A stretch of DNA of 63,580 nt, counting the filler, from Octopus bimaculoides (Eukaryota): the NCBI RefSeq assembly GCF_001194135.2. It is 5 parts of 4 records of this genome, joined end to end, with 100 filler letters (N's around TTAATTAATTAA, not from the genome) between each part and the next. Parts side by side here need not be neighbours in the genome. Positions count along the whole stretch, not along the records: positions 1 to 22,578 come from NC_068981.1; 4 more parts are not named here. The stretch is one strand, 5' to 3'. Positions 1 through 11,771 of the stretch are shown here, piece by piece; the first letter of the stretch is position 1; the number at the start of each line of letters is the position of its first letter. The position numbers and the translations under genes are program-made. The notes beneath the pieces were generated by a model, which made no database searches, had not been told where the DNA came from, and was given only the letters and a program-made list of their open reading frames with translations.

Positions 1-14
1 CGCTCTTCCGATCT

Positions 15-260
15 ATACATCGCTGGTCACAATGCCCTTTGCATCGTTTTAGGTTTCGAATGACGCCACTGCACTGGCTAACGTGAGCAGGCCAACGTTT
101 CTCCTGATCAGAAAGCCGTTCCATAATAGAGTCACACATTTACAGCCGAGTAGACCGGAGCAACGTGAAATGAAGTCTTTTACTTAAGAACACAACGCGC
201 CGCCCTGTCTTGCAATCGTGAGTGCAATACCCTAACAACTAGGCCACGCGCCTTCTCATA
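15..260 (-). mobile_element. tRNA-derived, CORE-like SINE (family E), degenerate
   Basis: The minus strand reads GGCGCGTGGCCTAGTTGTTAGGG (A-box head), then GTGTTCTTAAGTAAAAGACTTCATTTCACGTTGCTCC...CTGTAAATG. A related head occurs on + at about 8535-8645. Confidence 0.55.
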
Positions 261-606
261 TCATTTATATACATAGAAGCCGCTTTCTGGTGTACGAGCA
301 AAGCCATCACTAGACAGAATCATTGAAACGAGTCATTGACGATGCAATGTGAAGCCCTTGTATGACTTTTGAGCCCGGCCAAAGAATTGTACATTTTATT
401 GCATAATGCACACATACATACATACATACATACATACATACACACACTTTCAGCTTAATACCTATTATTATTGAAACAACAGGATACATACCAACCTTTC
501 TGGAGCAATGGCTGAACTTGGGATTTTGGAGGAGAGAATGGAAATCCTTAACTGATACGCATATATGTATATATGTAAGTGCGTGAGTGTTTATTGAAAA
601 CATGTA

Positions 607-851
607 CAATAATCCCTCGCCATAACGCGGTTCATCTATCGCGGTGCACCTATCGCGGTTCACCTATCGTGGTTTATCATTTCAGCTTACGTCGATTCCT
701 CTGTTGTGTTGTTTTGCATTTATAATAAAATAAATATATACACATAAAAATAATAATAAATATACAGTACAATACTATTTCTACTTCGCGGATTTTCACC
801 TATCGCAGGAGATTTTGGAACGTAACACCCGCGACAGTCGAGGGATTACTG
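607..851. mobile_element. Tigger/pogo-type MITE, 245 bp
   Basis: TIRs CAATAATCCCTCG (607) and CGAGGGATTACTG (839-851), with TA on both flanks (605-606, 852-853). Internal tandem CACCTATCGCGGT-like units. Confidence 0.85.
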
Positions 852-1499
852 TACCGTCACTCAGTCGTTTTACCCTGAGTAAAACGTGAAGGAAACGTTA
901 TAACGATGCTATATAAGGCAGCAATTTGACAGTCGAAATCACGCAGATAAATGAGCACCATTCGTTGTATGACCATCTCTGGAATTTTCTTTTTTAATTT
1001 GAACCTTCTCATAAGGAACCAACGTGTTGCTTTATTAATACAAACATAAGAAAGTAACTGGTAACTTGTATTTGATTTGCTCTTACGCTCTGGAGTGTTT
1101 TCTCGTACAACCCTGTACCATTTGTGTAGCGATTTCTTAATTTGTTGAAGTAGGCAATTATAAATATATTAATTCAGTTTTCTTGTAATGCTATCATGTC
1201 GTGTAAGTGTATAAAGCAGTATCATTAAATACATAAGCAAAGATTATCAAAAATGTAGAGCAGAAGGAGGGTAAAATAAAAGTGTTGTGGGTTCATTAAG
1301 ATTTTCACTGTGTACTTTAAAAAACATAAAATCCGCCTGACAAATATAAAGTTACTACTATGCAAAATTTATGTAAAAGTAAGACTCCCCAAAGTAACAT
1401 AGACATGCTATAAAATCAAAAAAATATATGGAAGAAATGTTAAGTATTTGGGTGGGTGATATTTCGCCAAGTCACTAACCACAGTTCCAAGTCATTATC

Positions 1500-2450
1500 C
1501 AGCAAAAATGCGTTAATTTTTTTAAACAGATGAAATTTGAAGCTGAGGAAGTCACTGAAACATTTGTTGCTTCTTGTGGATGGTTTGAAAAGTTCAAAAA
1601 CTGGTCTAATTTCTACAGCGTTCGGATTACAGGGTAATCAGAAAGTGCTGACATCCAAACTGTACCAGAATTTCTAGCACGACTGAAGGGTATTGTAAAA
1701 AGAGGTAAATTTCTATTAAATTTAGTTTTGAATGCAAACAAATTTGAGCAATTTGGGAACTAGTTACTCTTCGAAACTTCCAGTAGCAAAGTTAGGAGTA
1801 AATGTCACTGGAAACTCAGAATTTATGCTATTGCTTGTTTACCGTTCTCACTCACCGAGAACAATGAAAAGTGTCTCAATATCTTGGCAGATTTTTATAA
1901 TGATATATATAACAGAAAAACTTGGTTTACACAGAATTTGTATAGTGTAAGATAAATATTTCTTCCCTGGCATCAAATATTACTGAGGGAGGAAACATTT
2001 TGAACTGAAGACATTAGTGTTTTCAAGCAACGCTCGCGCTCGCATTTCAGATTTTGATTCACTCGAAATGTACGCGCGTATTGAAGTCGTTTTCATTCCA
2101 TCGAACATTACACTATTACAGCTTATGTAACGAGTTTATTTCCGGTCTCAAGGCAAATTATCTTAGTATTTTAAGTTTGTTGATTACAGCAACTGATGAT
2201 AAACATCAGTCTAGCAAAAGATTCTGGAAAAATTACAACATTATGCATGCAATAAAAAAAAGAAACTATTACAGATGTTTAGGAAGACGTTTAAGATATA
2301 TAACTCCTTATGATTGAGAAAAATTGTATTCAAATTCAATTAAAGTACACCACGGGATAAAGAACGAAACAATCTTAGACAGACTTTTATAAATGGTGCA
2401 GAAAGAAGTGTTTCACGAATTTGACGATAAGCTTTTAAGAATTATTGCAT
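1500..2450 (+). pseudogene. Decayed Tigger/pogo (CENP-B/DDE-1) transposase
   Basis: Translates in pieces as FVASCGWFEKFKN..ITG*SESAD (the F-x-AS-x-GW motif), LLVYRSHSPRTMK and FWKNYNIMHAIK. Many stops and frameshifts. Confidence 0.8.
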
Positions 2451-3043
2451 GTTAATAACGAGACCTTCACCCATGAAGGCCCAAAGATGTGAACAGAGTA
2501 ACAAAACAACTAAGAGTCTAATTTAAGTGGCTTTAACAGTAAAGATCTTGTCAAATGACTCATCTTTGGGAGCAGTTTACAGAAAATGATTCAAAATTTG
2601 AACAACGCATGTAAGTCAGATTGGTATCGCTGAATTATTATTAGGAAGAATTAGATGATCGTCAGAAGAAAGCAAATCAAAAAACTCTTGATGTATTTTA
2701 ATTTTATAAAAATAAAAATCTAACAGAATCGATAGTAACATATTAATCTTCTGCTATTGTTTCGCATTTAGAATAAGTTGTTGTAGTGTTTCGTCACAGG
2801 AGAACAATTTCTCCTTTATGGCGAATATGTATTCATAACACTCGATTCCAAAGGAGTCTGGAACAGCCGGTGTTTTAACAACGTTGTGTCTCACCAGCCA
2901 CGAGCGCTCCGTATTTATGAGTTCTTGCATAAACTAAACAAAGTGTACAAACTGGTACTTATTTAATCGACCCCGAAAAGATGAAAGGCAAAGTCGACCT
3001 CGGCGGAATTTGAACTCATAACGTAAAGACAGACGAAATACCG

Positions 3044-4726
3044 ATTTCTTTATTAGGCATAAAGCCCTAAACATAGATGGGGACACCACAAGGACAGACA
3101 AGGCCACAATGGGGATAAAAAAAACATGAAACGAATGTAAATGAGATGAAAGTTATATAAAAATGAAAAAAGGAAAATGGACGCATTGACCCCACTCCTA
3201 TGCAGTACCATTTGAATCGTTATATGTATTATCTACAATTGTTTTTTTTTTCCTTTAATTTCATACTTTTTTGTCTTTAGTAGAACTTCATTAGTGGTTC
3301 GACACCTCTCAAATCCACCACTGGTGGCAACTCTTTAAATTCCACCTCCACTCCTGGCGGGTCAACCTTATCTCCACACATCTCTTTTAACTTTCTGTAG
3401 TTTTCCTCTTCAATCAATATTGCCTTCATATCCTCTGCGTAGACGTATGAAGGCACCTTCACTCTTACTATTGAATGAAACTTGATTATCTTTTTCTGTT
3501 TCAACATTATTTGGGTACGTCACATAATACCACACTCCATCTCCTCCTCGTATCTTCTTTCTTTTCTCTTGGACTTTTGGTTCTCTCTCCATAAATAGTC
3601 TCTCCATCTCATCTTCATACAGTTGGGTTTCCGACACTTTCTCCACTGGTAACTCCACTTGCTTTTTACTTTCTTTTTCCTTCCTACTTCCTCCCTTCAC
3701 AGTTTCTTTTCTCACCTCTTCTCTCTTCTTTTTCTGCTTCTCTGGCGGAGAACTCATTCCTCCGCTCCTCCTCCTTTTCTTTTTAACCATAGTGAATCCC
3801 TTCTGCGCTTCTTTTTCTATTGCTTTGTCCTGTACTACCTGATCCACGCTCTCATGTCTCTCCTCCTGTTCTGTTTGTGGCTTTCTTTGGGTGCACCATG
3901 CCTTCATGTGGCCCCTTTTTCCACATGTGAAACACACTGGCAGCCTGCCCTCCACAGTAACTCACATCTTCTGGCAGCACAATCTCAACCACCACACTAT
4001 TCAAGTCCTCTGTTGTTGTCTGAATCGTTAATTCGATACCATAACCCCAGTAATCTACCTTCTGATTCCTTGTAGCCTTCAGAATCTTCCCGTCTTTCAT
4101 ATATGTTATGGCTGTCATCAGCCATTCTTCTTTCAATTCAGGTGGCACCTTACCCCCTCGCACTTTGGCCACACGTTTGCCGCGGTACGAAGGTAAGAAC
4201 ACCCATTCCTCTATCTTTATTGCCTCTGTGGAGTACCTTATTACTTCCTCCTCCGTTGTGAAGCATACCTCCACAGTGGCGTATCTTTTCCCTCTCGTAA
4301 TGTATGTTGTGAATATTTTTATATTCTTAGCACATTCCTCTATGGCCTCTATTCGTGCAATTTCTATCTTTCTCGTGACTGCCTTCATGGTTTTAAATAT
4401 AACCGTTCTTTTTGTCACGTTGGCCCATAGCTCTTCAGACGGTGTTAGCTTCAAAGTGTTTCCTTCCTTTGTGATTAATTTCTCACTCTCCTTCATCTTT
4501 CTTGGCTCCACTTTAATCTCGCGGACCTCCAACTCACACGCGTCTACTCCTTTGCCCGTTGCAGCTGCATAGCTTGGGCCTGCCTCCGGCGCCTTCTCCA
4601 TTTTCCCACAATGGGAAACAAAACAACGATTAACGAATCAACAACGGCAACAATTCAAACAATTCAATTAACAATGGCAACAATTCGATAGACTGTTCAA
4701 CATAGTCTCACGCAATGACTTCACAG
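3044..4726 (-). mobile_element. ORF1-only (gag-like, CCHC zinc knuckle) non-LTR retroelement, L1/Tx1-like ORF1, 1683 bp, 13-bp TSD
   Basis: TSD AGACGAAATACCG at 3031-3043 and 4727-4739. About 125-bp 5' UTR, ATG at 4601, ORF broken by two apparent frameshifts (near 3960 and 3510), CFTCGKRGHMKAWC = C-x2-C-x4-H-x4-C, Lys/Glu-rich linker, stop at 3277, about 230-bp 3' UTR. No RT or endonuclease. Confidence 0.85.
3277..4601 (-). pseudogene. Frameshifted gag-like ORF1 (about 440 aa when rejoined) with a CCHC knuckle
   Basis: Track ORFs 3852..4601, 3410..3955 and 3277..3507 overlap and join naturally: ...LPEDV / VTVEGRLPVCFTCGKRGH... and ...YYVTYP / IMLKQKKIIKF.... Confidence 0.8.
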
Positions 4727-5879
4727 AGACGAAATACCGCTAAGTATTTCGCCCGGCATGCTAACCTTTTTCCCAACTTGCCGCCTTCCGAACAGCTTAT
4801 ATAACGTAAAGAAATATTGTTAAAGTTTATACTATGTTGTAGCATATGTTTCTGAATAATTTGAGTCTTTTCATCTATTTAATGTAAAACACATTGTAAA
4901 GAAATTAAAGAAATAAAAGTCTGAATTTATTTACAAGGCAATGTTTCCGAGATTGAAAATAGAACAAATCGTATAAACTAAACAAACGACCCGAAATCTT
5001 TGTCATTCTCGGGTCGTTCCCTTTTTGGATTTCTGGGTCAGTTTTATTCATGCAATATTTCTTTTTACGATATTTGAAATTTGAAGACAAAATCGTCTTT
5101 TTTCACATGCCACTGTTTGCGTACTTCCATGTATCTATAGAAATATTTTTTAGCTCTTTATACTCGTACATGTTTGCACAGAGAGTGTGTGTGCGTGTCT
5201 GTGTGCACAAGGAAGTGGGGAGTGTTACTTGCATTGTTTAATGCAAACATATGCAGGGGAAGATCTATACTGTCTCATGACATGTTTAAGATGTATTTTT
5301 CTGTTGATGTTCTTTCGTGTTTATATGCAGAGTATCGTGACATCACGAAACACTAACTGATTTATTTATATTCTTCATACAGTTTGAAGTGCCGAGCTTT
5401 GCCATTATCAAATTTCTAGTGCGATAACAATGATTTCTTCCCCTTTCTATAGTATCACCCCTCCTCGGGGCCAGCAGCATTGTTACTACAATTCTGCGCT
5501 CACACCTAGTAATCATCCTCACATCGTAGCACGTAATTTTTTTTCGTGTTATCTCCTACACTAAGCTAGGGTCACTGGCAACGACTCTAAGCATGCAATG
5601 ACGATTTTCTTTTGCTATTTACTGTCTATTTAGTTCTTTGATTTCAGCTTTGTTCTTTTCCTTATATACATCTACTATATCAATGATAAAGAGTTCTCTA
5701 TATCTTACTGCGGTGTGTCAGTCACTGGTCTGTTGCCTTTTCTAAGTCCAACGCCAGCCGGGTAGTACATGCCAGATCAAACTGTACTCATAAGGTACAG
5801 TGTATATTTAAATACATAAGAGGAATCCACTCTTGGGATTCCTTACGCTAGAAAGAACAGCTAGGTTCCAGAACCACAA

Positions 5880-6227
5880 AAATTAGGGATAAAATTCCGA
5901 AGGGAACGAAATGAAAAAATAAAAACTTTTTACCAATCATGGCCTGGATCTTATCAACAAATTCATGAATTATTTTCTTATCAGAACGATCAGGGTGAGT
6001 TTTCCGAGCTATCGCACCTTCAAAATCATCATTAGTGTCTTCCAACTCTTTCCAAAGCTTCTGCACTGTCCTCAGATTGACACCCAAACACTCTGAAATG
6101 TTCGTATTGGAGCTTCCAGTGTGAATGCCAAGCAGTACCGCATGTCATTTTCAAATTTCTGGCAGAGTAAATTTCGTCATGGTACTGTTTTTCTCACAGA
6201 TTGTGCCCAACAGACCCTACTATACTG
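5880..6227 (-). mobile_element. Tc1/mariner-superfamily transposon 5' fragment (HTH region)
   Basis: The minus strand encodes SSNTNISECLGVNLRTVQKLWKELEDTNDDFEGAIARKTHPDRSDKK..EFVDKIQAMI. The terminus ends CTG|TA at 6225-6229. Confidence 0.7.
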
Positions 6228-6859
6228 TATTGTCGACAAAATCAAAAACAAACAATGCGCATGTGCGAAATTAAAAATATAAAATGGCGATAATTTACTC
6301 ATCGCATGTGTGTGTGTGTACGCGTGCATATATGCATGTCCCTAGGCAGATATGCGTGTATATACGCATGAGTTTATTATTTCAATGATTCTAGCTAACC
6401 AGCTAAATGTGTAACACGTTAGAGTTAGTTAGGAGTGTAAGCTGATTGCTGTTAATTAGTAATTAGAGATTTGTGAAAGAGCACCGAGTGAACCCGATGT
6501 CAATTAGAACATATGTGTGTACGTGTGTGTGTGTACGTGTGTGTGTGTGTGTGTGTGTGCATAGGGGTGGTACGGCCTACATGGTTATTGGGGCGTTACG
6601 CATTACGCATGTTCTCACTTACGATTGTCTACGGGTAAAAGGTAGGGCTGTTTGGTTAAGAATTTTGTTTTGAAAATATGTGGTTCTTCTGTATTCGATA
6701 ACACATTGGATTAGTGTCTGCTTCCGAAGTCTTGGATTTATGTCTTTTTGTTTATGAAATCTGGTTATCGGCAGTACCGAAGTCACTCTCACGTGAATGT
6801 GCATGTGTGTGTGTGTGTGGGGGGGGCTGTGTGCGTGTGCATTGTGTTTACGAGTGCGT

Positions 6860-7315
6860 TTATTCTTTTATTCTCTTATTTGTTTGTCATTTGACTGCGG
6901 CCATGCTGGAGCACCGCCTTGAAGGATTTTAGTCGAAGGCATCGACCTCAAGACTTACTTTTGAAGCCTAGTACTTATTCTATCGGACTCTTTTGCCGAA
7001 CCGTTATGTACAAGGACGTAAATGCACTAACACTGGTTGTCAAGCGGTGATGGGGGAACAAATACAGACATACAGACACACAAACACGCACAGACACACA
7101 GACATGCACACTCGCACGCGCGCACATACGCACGCGCGCACACACACATATACGACGATCTTCTTTCAGTTTCCATCTAACAAATCCACTTACAAGGCAT
7201 TGGTCGGCCCGAGGCCACAGTGGAAGAAACATGTCCAATGTGCCATGCAATGGGACTGAATCCGGAACCACGCGGTTGGGAAGTAAGCTTTTTTTTTTTA
7301 CACAGCCACGCCTAC
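6860..7315 (-). mobile_element. tRNA-derived CORE-like SINE (family B), near full length
   Basis: Head GGCGTGGCTGTG..., CORE-like segment, internal (CA/GT)n, tail ...GGTGCTCCAGCATGGCCGCAGTCAAATGAC. Partial copies at 7390-7470, 7545-7690, 7790-8005, 21395-21565, 24005-24140, 42320-42520, 49430-49620, 50360-50545, 56065-56222 and 61262-61388. Confidence 0.8.
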
Positions 7316-8006
7316 GCCTTTGTATATTTCTTCAGGCCCTCCTATAGATTTAGGAATGTGTGCTATAAAAAAGCTTACTCCTCAACTATAAAGCTCCAGG
7401 TTCAATCTCAGTGCGTGGCACTTTGGGCAAGTGTCTTCTACAATAGCCTCAGCTTGTGGAAACCAAATGAAGACCGTTGTGAATCTTTTACTTGTTTCAG
7501 TCATTAGACTGCGGCCACGCTGGAGTACTGTCACATACATACGACTGGCTTCTTTCAGTTTCCGTTTACCGAATCCATTCACAAGGCTTTCGTTGACTTG
7601 AGGCTATAGTAGAAGACACTTGCCCAGGACACCATGAAGAGGGACTGAACCTGGAACCATGTGGTTGGAAACCAAGCTTTTTACCACACCTACACATACA
7701 CATGTATATATATACAAATAGATGTGTGTGTGTGTTTGTTTGTGTTTGTGTGTGTGTGTGAGTGTGTGTGTGTGAGTGTGTGTGTGTGAGTGTGTGTGTG
7801 TTTGTCCTCCACTCCCACCTAACAAACGCTGTTGGTGTGTTTACGTCCCTGTAACTCAAGAGTTCGACAAAAGTGACCCCATATTATAAGTAACAGGCTT
7901 AAAAAATAACAACCGGGATCGATACGTTCGACCAAAATTCTTCGAGGCAGTGCCCCAATATGGCCGTGGTATAATGACTGAAACAGGCGAGAGTAAAAAT
8001 AAAAGA

Positions 8007-8037
<31 letters not shown>

Positions 8038-8210
8038 TGTATGTATGTATGTGTGTATGTATGGCTCGAAGAATGTATGGATATATGTGTATGTGTATGT
8101 ATGTATGGCTCTTCTATTTTTTAAATTATTATAAATCTTCCACTGAAGCGGGAGCCGGTTTCCAACAAGGATTCAAGGCTCCATCTTTGGGATGTAGTTA
8201 ACACACAAAT

Positions 8211-8517
8211 TCACATTTGGAACTTGAGAAAAGTCTTGTATATTTTTACTGTTCCACTCACAGATTGCACTTGTAATGTACGAATCAGTCGGTCGATTTC
8301 TCTTTCTGAAAATCCCAGTTTATCCAGATTCTCCTTTAAGCATTTACTAACAAAACCTAGTGTTCCAATAATTATTGGTATGAATGAATTCATAGTCTGA
8401 ATATAGATGCTGGAGGTTTCGAAGTAGTTGTCCATAGATATCCTACTTTTCTTTGATTTTCGAAGAGATATTTATATCTGCAGGGCAGCTGACCTCTATG
8501 ATGGTACATACTTTTGC
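8211..8517 (-). mobile_element. 3' end of an RLE-type non-LTR retrotransposon (R4/Dong-like), restriction-like endonuclease C-terminus
   Basis: The minus strand reads AKVCTIIEVSCPADINISSKIKEK*DIYGQLLRNLQHLYSDYEF / FIPIIIGTLGFVSKCLKENLDKLGF...LQVQSVSGTVKIYKTFLKF*, the characteristic RLE C-terminal motifs. One stop and one frameshift. Confidence 0.8.
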
Positions 8518-9612
8518 CCCTGAAGGCACGGAACTTAGTGGTAAGGGTGTTATACTCATTGTCGTATGGTTGAGGTTTCGATACTTGGATCGAGCGACAG
8601 GTTTTGTTCTCGAGTAAAACACTTTATTTCATGCTGTTTCAGTTTCCTCAGCCGGGATCTTAGGTATACTGTGACGGACCGGCTTCTCGTCTTGATGGGG
8701 AATATGTATACGTCACAGGAACCGGTTTCTGGGCCTATATCTCGGGTGGGACCTTTGATTCTCTGATCCTTTTGATATGTGTGCATGTATGTATGTATGT
8801 TATCAATCGGTTTCATTTCTGTATTTCTTGTCCATAGAGAAAGATCCGGACTCTAACATAGGTTCAAGGCTCCTTCATTGGAACTTTTATCAACATCATC
8901 TAGGTATTTGTGCAGTATTTGGTGTTAGTGTATGCGCAGATTTGTATGTTTGTTTTATGGATGCGTTTTTATGTCTAGATGCATGNNNNNNNNNNNNNNN
9001 NNNNNNNNNNNNNNNNNNNNNNNNNNNNNNNNNNNNNNNNNNNNNNNNNNNNNNNNNNNNNNNNNNNNNNNNNNNNNNNNNNNNNNNNNNNNNNNNNNNN
9101 NNNNNNNNNNNNNNNNNNNNNNNNNNNNNNNNNNNNNNNNNNNNNNNNNNNNNNNNNNNNNNNNNNNNNNNNNNNNNNNNNNNNNNNNNNNNNNNNNNNN
9201 NNNNNNNNNNNNNNNNNNNNNNNNNNNNNNNNNNNNNNNNNNNNNNNNNNNNNNNNNNNNNNNNNNNNNNNNNNNNNNNNNNNNNNNNNNNNNNNNNNNN
9301 NNNNNNNNNNNNNNNNNNNNNNNNNNNNNNNNNNNNNNNNNNNNNNNNNNNNNNNNNNNNNNNNNNNNNNNNNNNNNNNNNNNNNNNNNNNNNNNNNNNN
9401 NNNNNNNNNNNNNNNNNNNNNNNNNNNNNNNNNNNNNNNNNNNNNNNNNNNNNNNNNNNNNNNNNNNNNNNNNNNNNNNNNNNNNNNNNNNNNNNNNNNN
9501 NNNNNNNNNNNNNTTTTTGGACAGCTGCTAATGATGTGGGTGATATCTTCGATACTGGTATGTATGTATTTATGTATGTATGTATGTATGTATGTATGTA
9601 TGTATCTATCTA

Positions 9613-9683
<71 letters not shown>

Positions 9684-9953
9684 CTATGTATGTATGTATG
9701 TATGTATGTATGCATGTATGTATGTATGTATGTATGCATGTATGCTTACGTATATGCATATATATATATGTATATATATATGTGTACAACAAAATGACAA
9801 TAAACCAAGGGACCAAGTATCCTTGAACAAGTTCAACCTTACGAAAACTAGAATTTCAAAAATGAGAACAGGATACAAATATTTCATACTCAACAAGCAC
9901 ACCAAATATATACACCCATCAACGTATACCTAACGGATATCGTGATATACGTA

Positions 9954-10170
9954 CGAGGATGTGTTGTAAAGTTCCTGGATTTAAGGGTCACCTGATATGC
10001 CCGGTTGGAGGCTCAACCTTCCGAGTTCTTTTACAAGGGTCAGAAAAGCCGAAGGACCGCTGCAATAAGTGTGTGACTCTGAGACGGTAATATTTTGAGT
10101 AAAACTGTAATTAACTGATCCTCCTGTATTTATTTTTACTCAAAGCCAGGAACTTTTCGACTCTCCCTCG
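9954..10170. mobile_element. Mariner-derived MITE, 217 bp
   Basis: Imperfect TIRs CGAGGATGTGTTGTAAAGTTCCTGG and CCAGGAACTTTTCGACTCTCCCTCG, flanked by TA at both ends. Confidence 0.75.
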
Positions 10171-10559
10171 TACATGTATGTGTGTGTGTGTATGTGTGTG
10201 TGTGCATGTATGTGTGTGTGTGTGCTTGTGTGTGTTATGTATGTGTTTGATGTAGTACTGGTAACGGCTCCATAAACAAATCATACTATCAACCAAGATA
10301 TTATCTTATATTCTTCCTGTTAGATGTGTTGATTAAATCATCTGACGACTTTTGTAATTGCCAGTAATACATAACCCTTCATGTGACTTCTAACCGATCC
10401 TCTCTATTTACGAATCGCTTCAATTAATTCCTTAAATCATAACAAAGTAATGTTTGCAATAAACATTGTATCATAAATCTACACGTCAGTTGAATTACAA
10501 TCCTCAGGCAGTGTTCAAGTTAGGGACACTAACTTAACCACAGCAAATAAAGAGTTACT

Positions 10560-10605
<46 letters not shown>

Positions 10606-10607
<2 letters not shown>

Positions 10608-10860
10608 CGCAGGAGTGGCTGTGTGGTGAGTGGCTGGCTTGCCGGCCACATGGTTCAGTCTCGCTGTGTGGCACCTTGGGCAAGTGTCTTTTACTATAGC
10701 CTCGGGCCGACCAAAGCCTTGTGAGTGGATTTGGTAGATGGAAACTGAAAGAAGCCCGTCGTATATATGTATATGTATGTGTGTGTGTCTGTGTCTGTAT
10801 TTGTCCCCACAACATCGCTTGACGACCGATGCTGGTGTGTTTGCGTCCCCGTAACTTAGC
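10606..10860 (+). mobile_element. Family B SINE (head, CORE-like segment and part of the body)
   Basis: GGCGCAGGAGTGGCTGTGTGG head, GTGGCACCTTGGGCAAGTGTCTT CORE-like segment, directly after a (TA)n tract. Confidence 0.8.
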
Positions 10861-10919
10861 ATATGGGGCACCATGGCCCACCCTAGCAAAGAGTTAATAT
10901 TGCTGAAGACATTTCCGTG

Positions 10920-11771
10920 TGTAGGAGGTTGGTTCCTGATTTTTTGAAGAAATTTGTCCAGTGAACATTTGAATTTTATGGGATCCGTTTCCGTTTTGAC
11001 GTATTTTGGTATGGTATTAAAGAGAGATGGACCGGTTGGGGTAAATTAATTGTGACCTAATGTTGCTATGTGTACCGAGTTCGATTTTTGTAGTGGGCGG
11101 ATAGCACGGGGCCAAGTCTTGGATAGATTTTTAAATTGATGCCAACATCATTTGTGCAATATTGATGGAATATTTTCCACTTAATACAAATGATGTAGCG
11201 CTTCCGGCGACGTTGGAGAGAGATTGAGTTATTTTAGTCGACCCAATAATCAATGCCTCTCATGCCATCTATCTTTCTGGAGTGCTTCTTCTTTCACAAT
11301 AAGTTGCTCCGTAGAAGGTGGACCACAGTGGGCAGCAGAATTCAAGGTGGGGGTTGGGCAAGAGTAGAGTAGAGAAGGATGATGGCGTAAGCATCTCTAG
11401 ACTGGAAAGTTCTCAGTATCCAGCACACACATTTTCGGGCCAAGTTAACCTTGCTGTTTACGTGGAACTCCAGCTTAGATTGTTATCAACAATTACTCTA
11501 AGGTCTCTGGTATTGTTGAATAACACTAAGGAGTCACCTGAAGGAAGAGCATATGGTAATTTCAGAGTTTCCTCTTTTCCAAAGTGGATCAAATCAAACT
11601 TATCTTCATTTAAAAGCATGTTTTTTTTTCCCGCTCATTGGACAACAGTAAACAGATCTGACGGAAGGCGTGTTCGGTCTCCCATGGTGTTTATGGCTTT
11701 CTGGAGTTTGGAATCATCTGCAAAGATTTTCAATGTAGAATGTTTGATGACATCTACTATGTCGTTGATGT
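10920..11771 (-). mobile_element. CR1/L2-group LINE reverse-transcriptase C-terminal fragment, decayed; truncated by an N-gap
   Basis: The minus strand reads INDIVDVIKHSTLKIFADDSKLQK...NMLLNEDKFDLIHFG...RDLRVIVDNNLSWS and later PHLEFCCPLWS (FADD catalytic motif plus the HLEYC-x-x-W motif). Confidence 0.85.

Larger units (their letters stand above)
2950..4790 (-). mobile_element. Family A SINE split into 2950-3043 and 4727-4790 by a nested insertion
   Basis: Both halves match intact copies at 43380-43590 and 61765-61993, and they rejoin at the duplicated AGACGAAATACCG. Confidence 0.85.

Noticed and set aside
3659-4572. Plus-strand ORFs 3659..4075 and 4108..4572
   Set aside because: Antisense shadows of the gag-like ORF1 on the minus strand.
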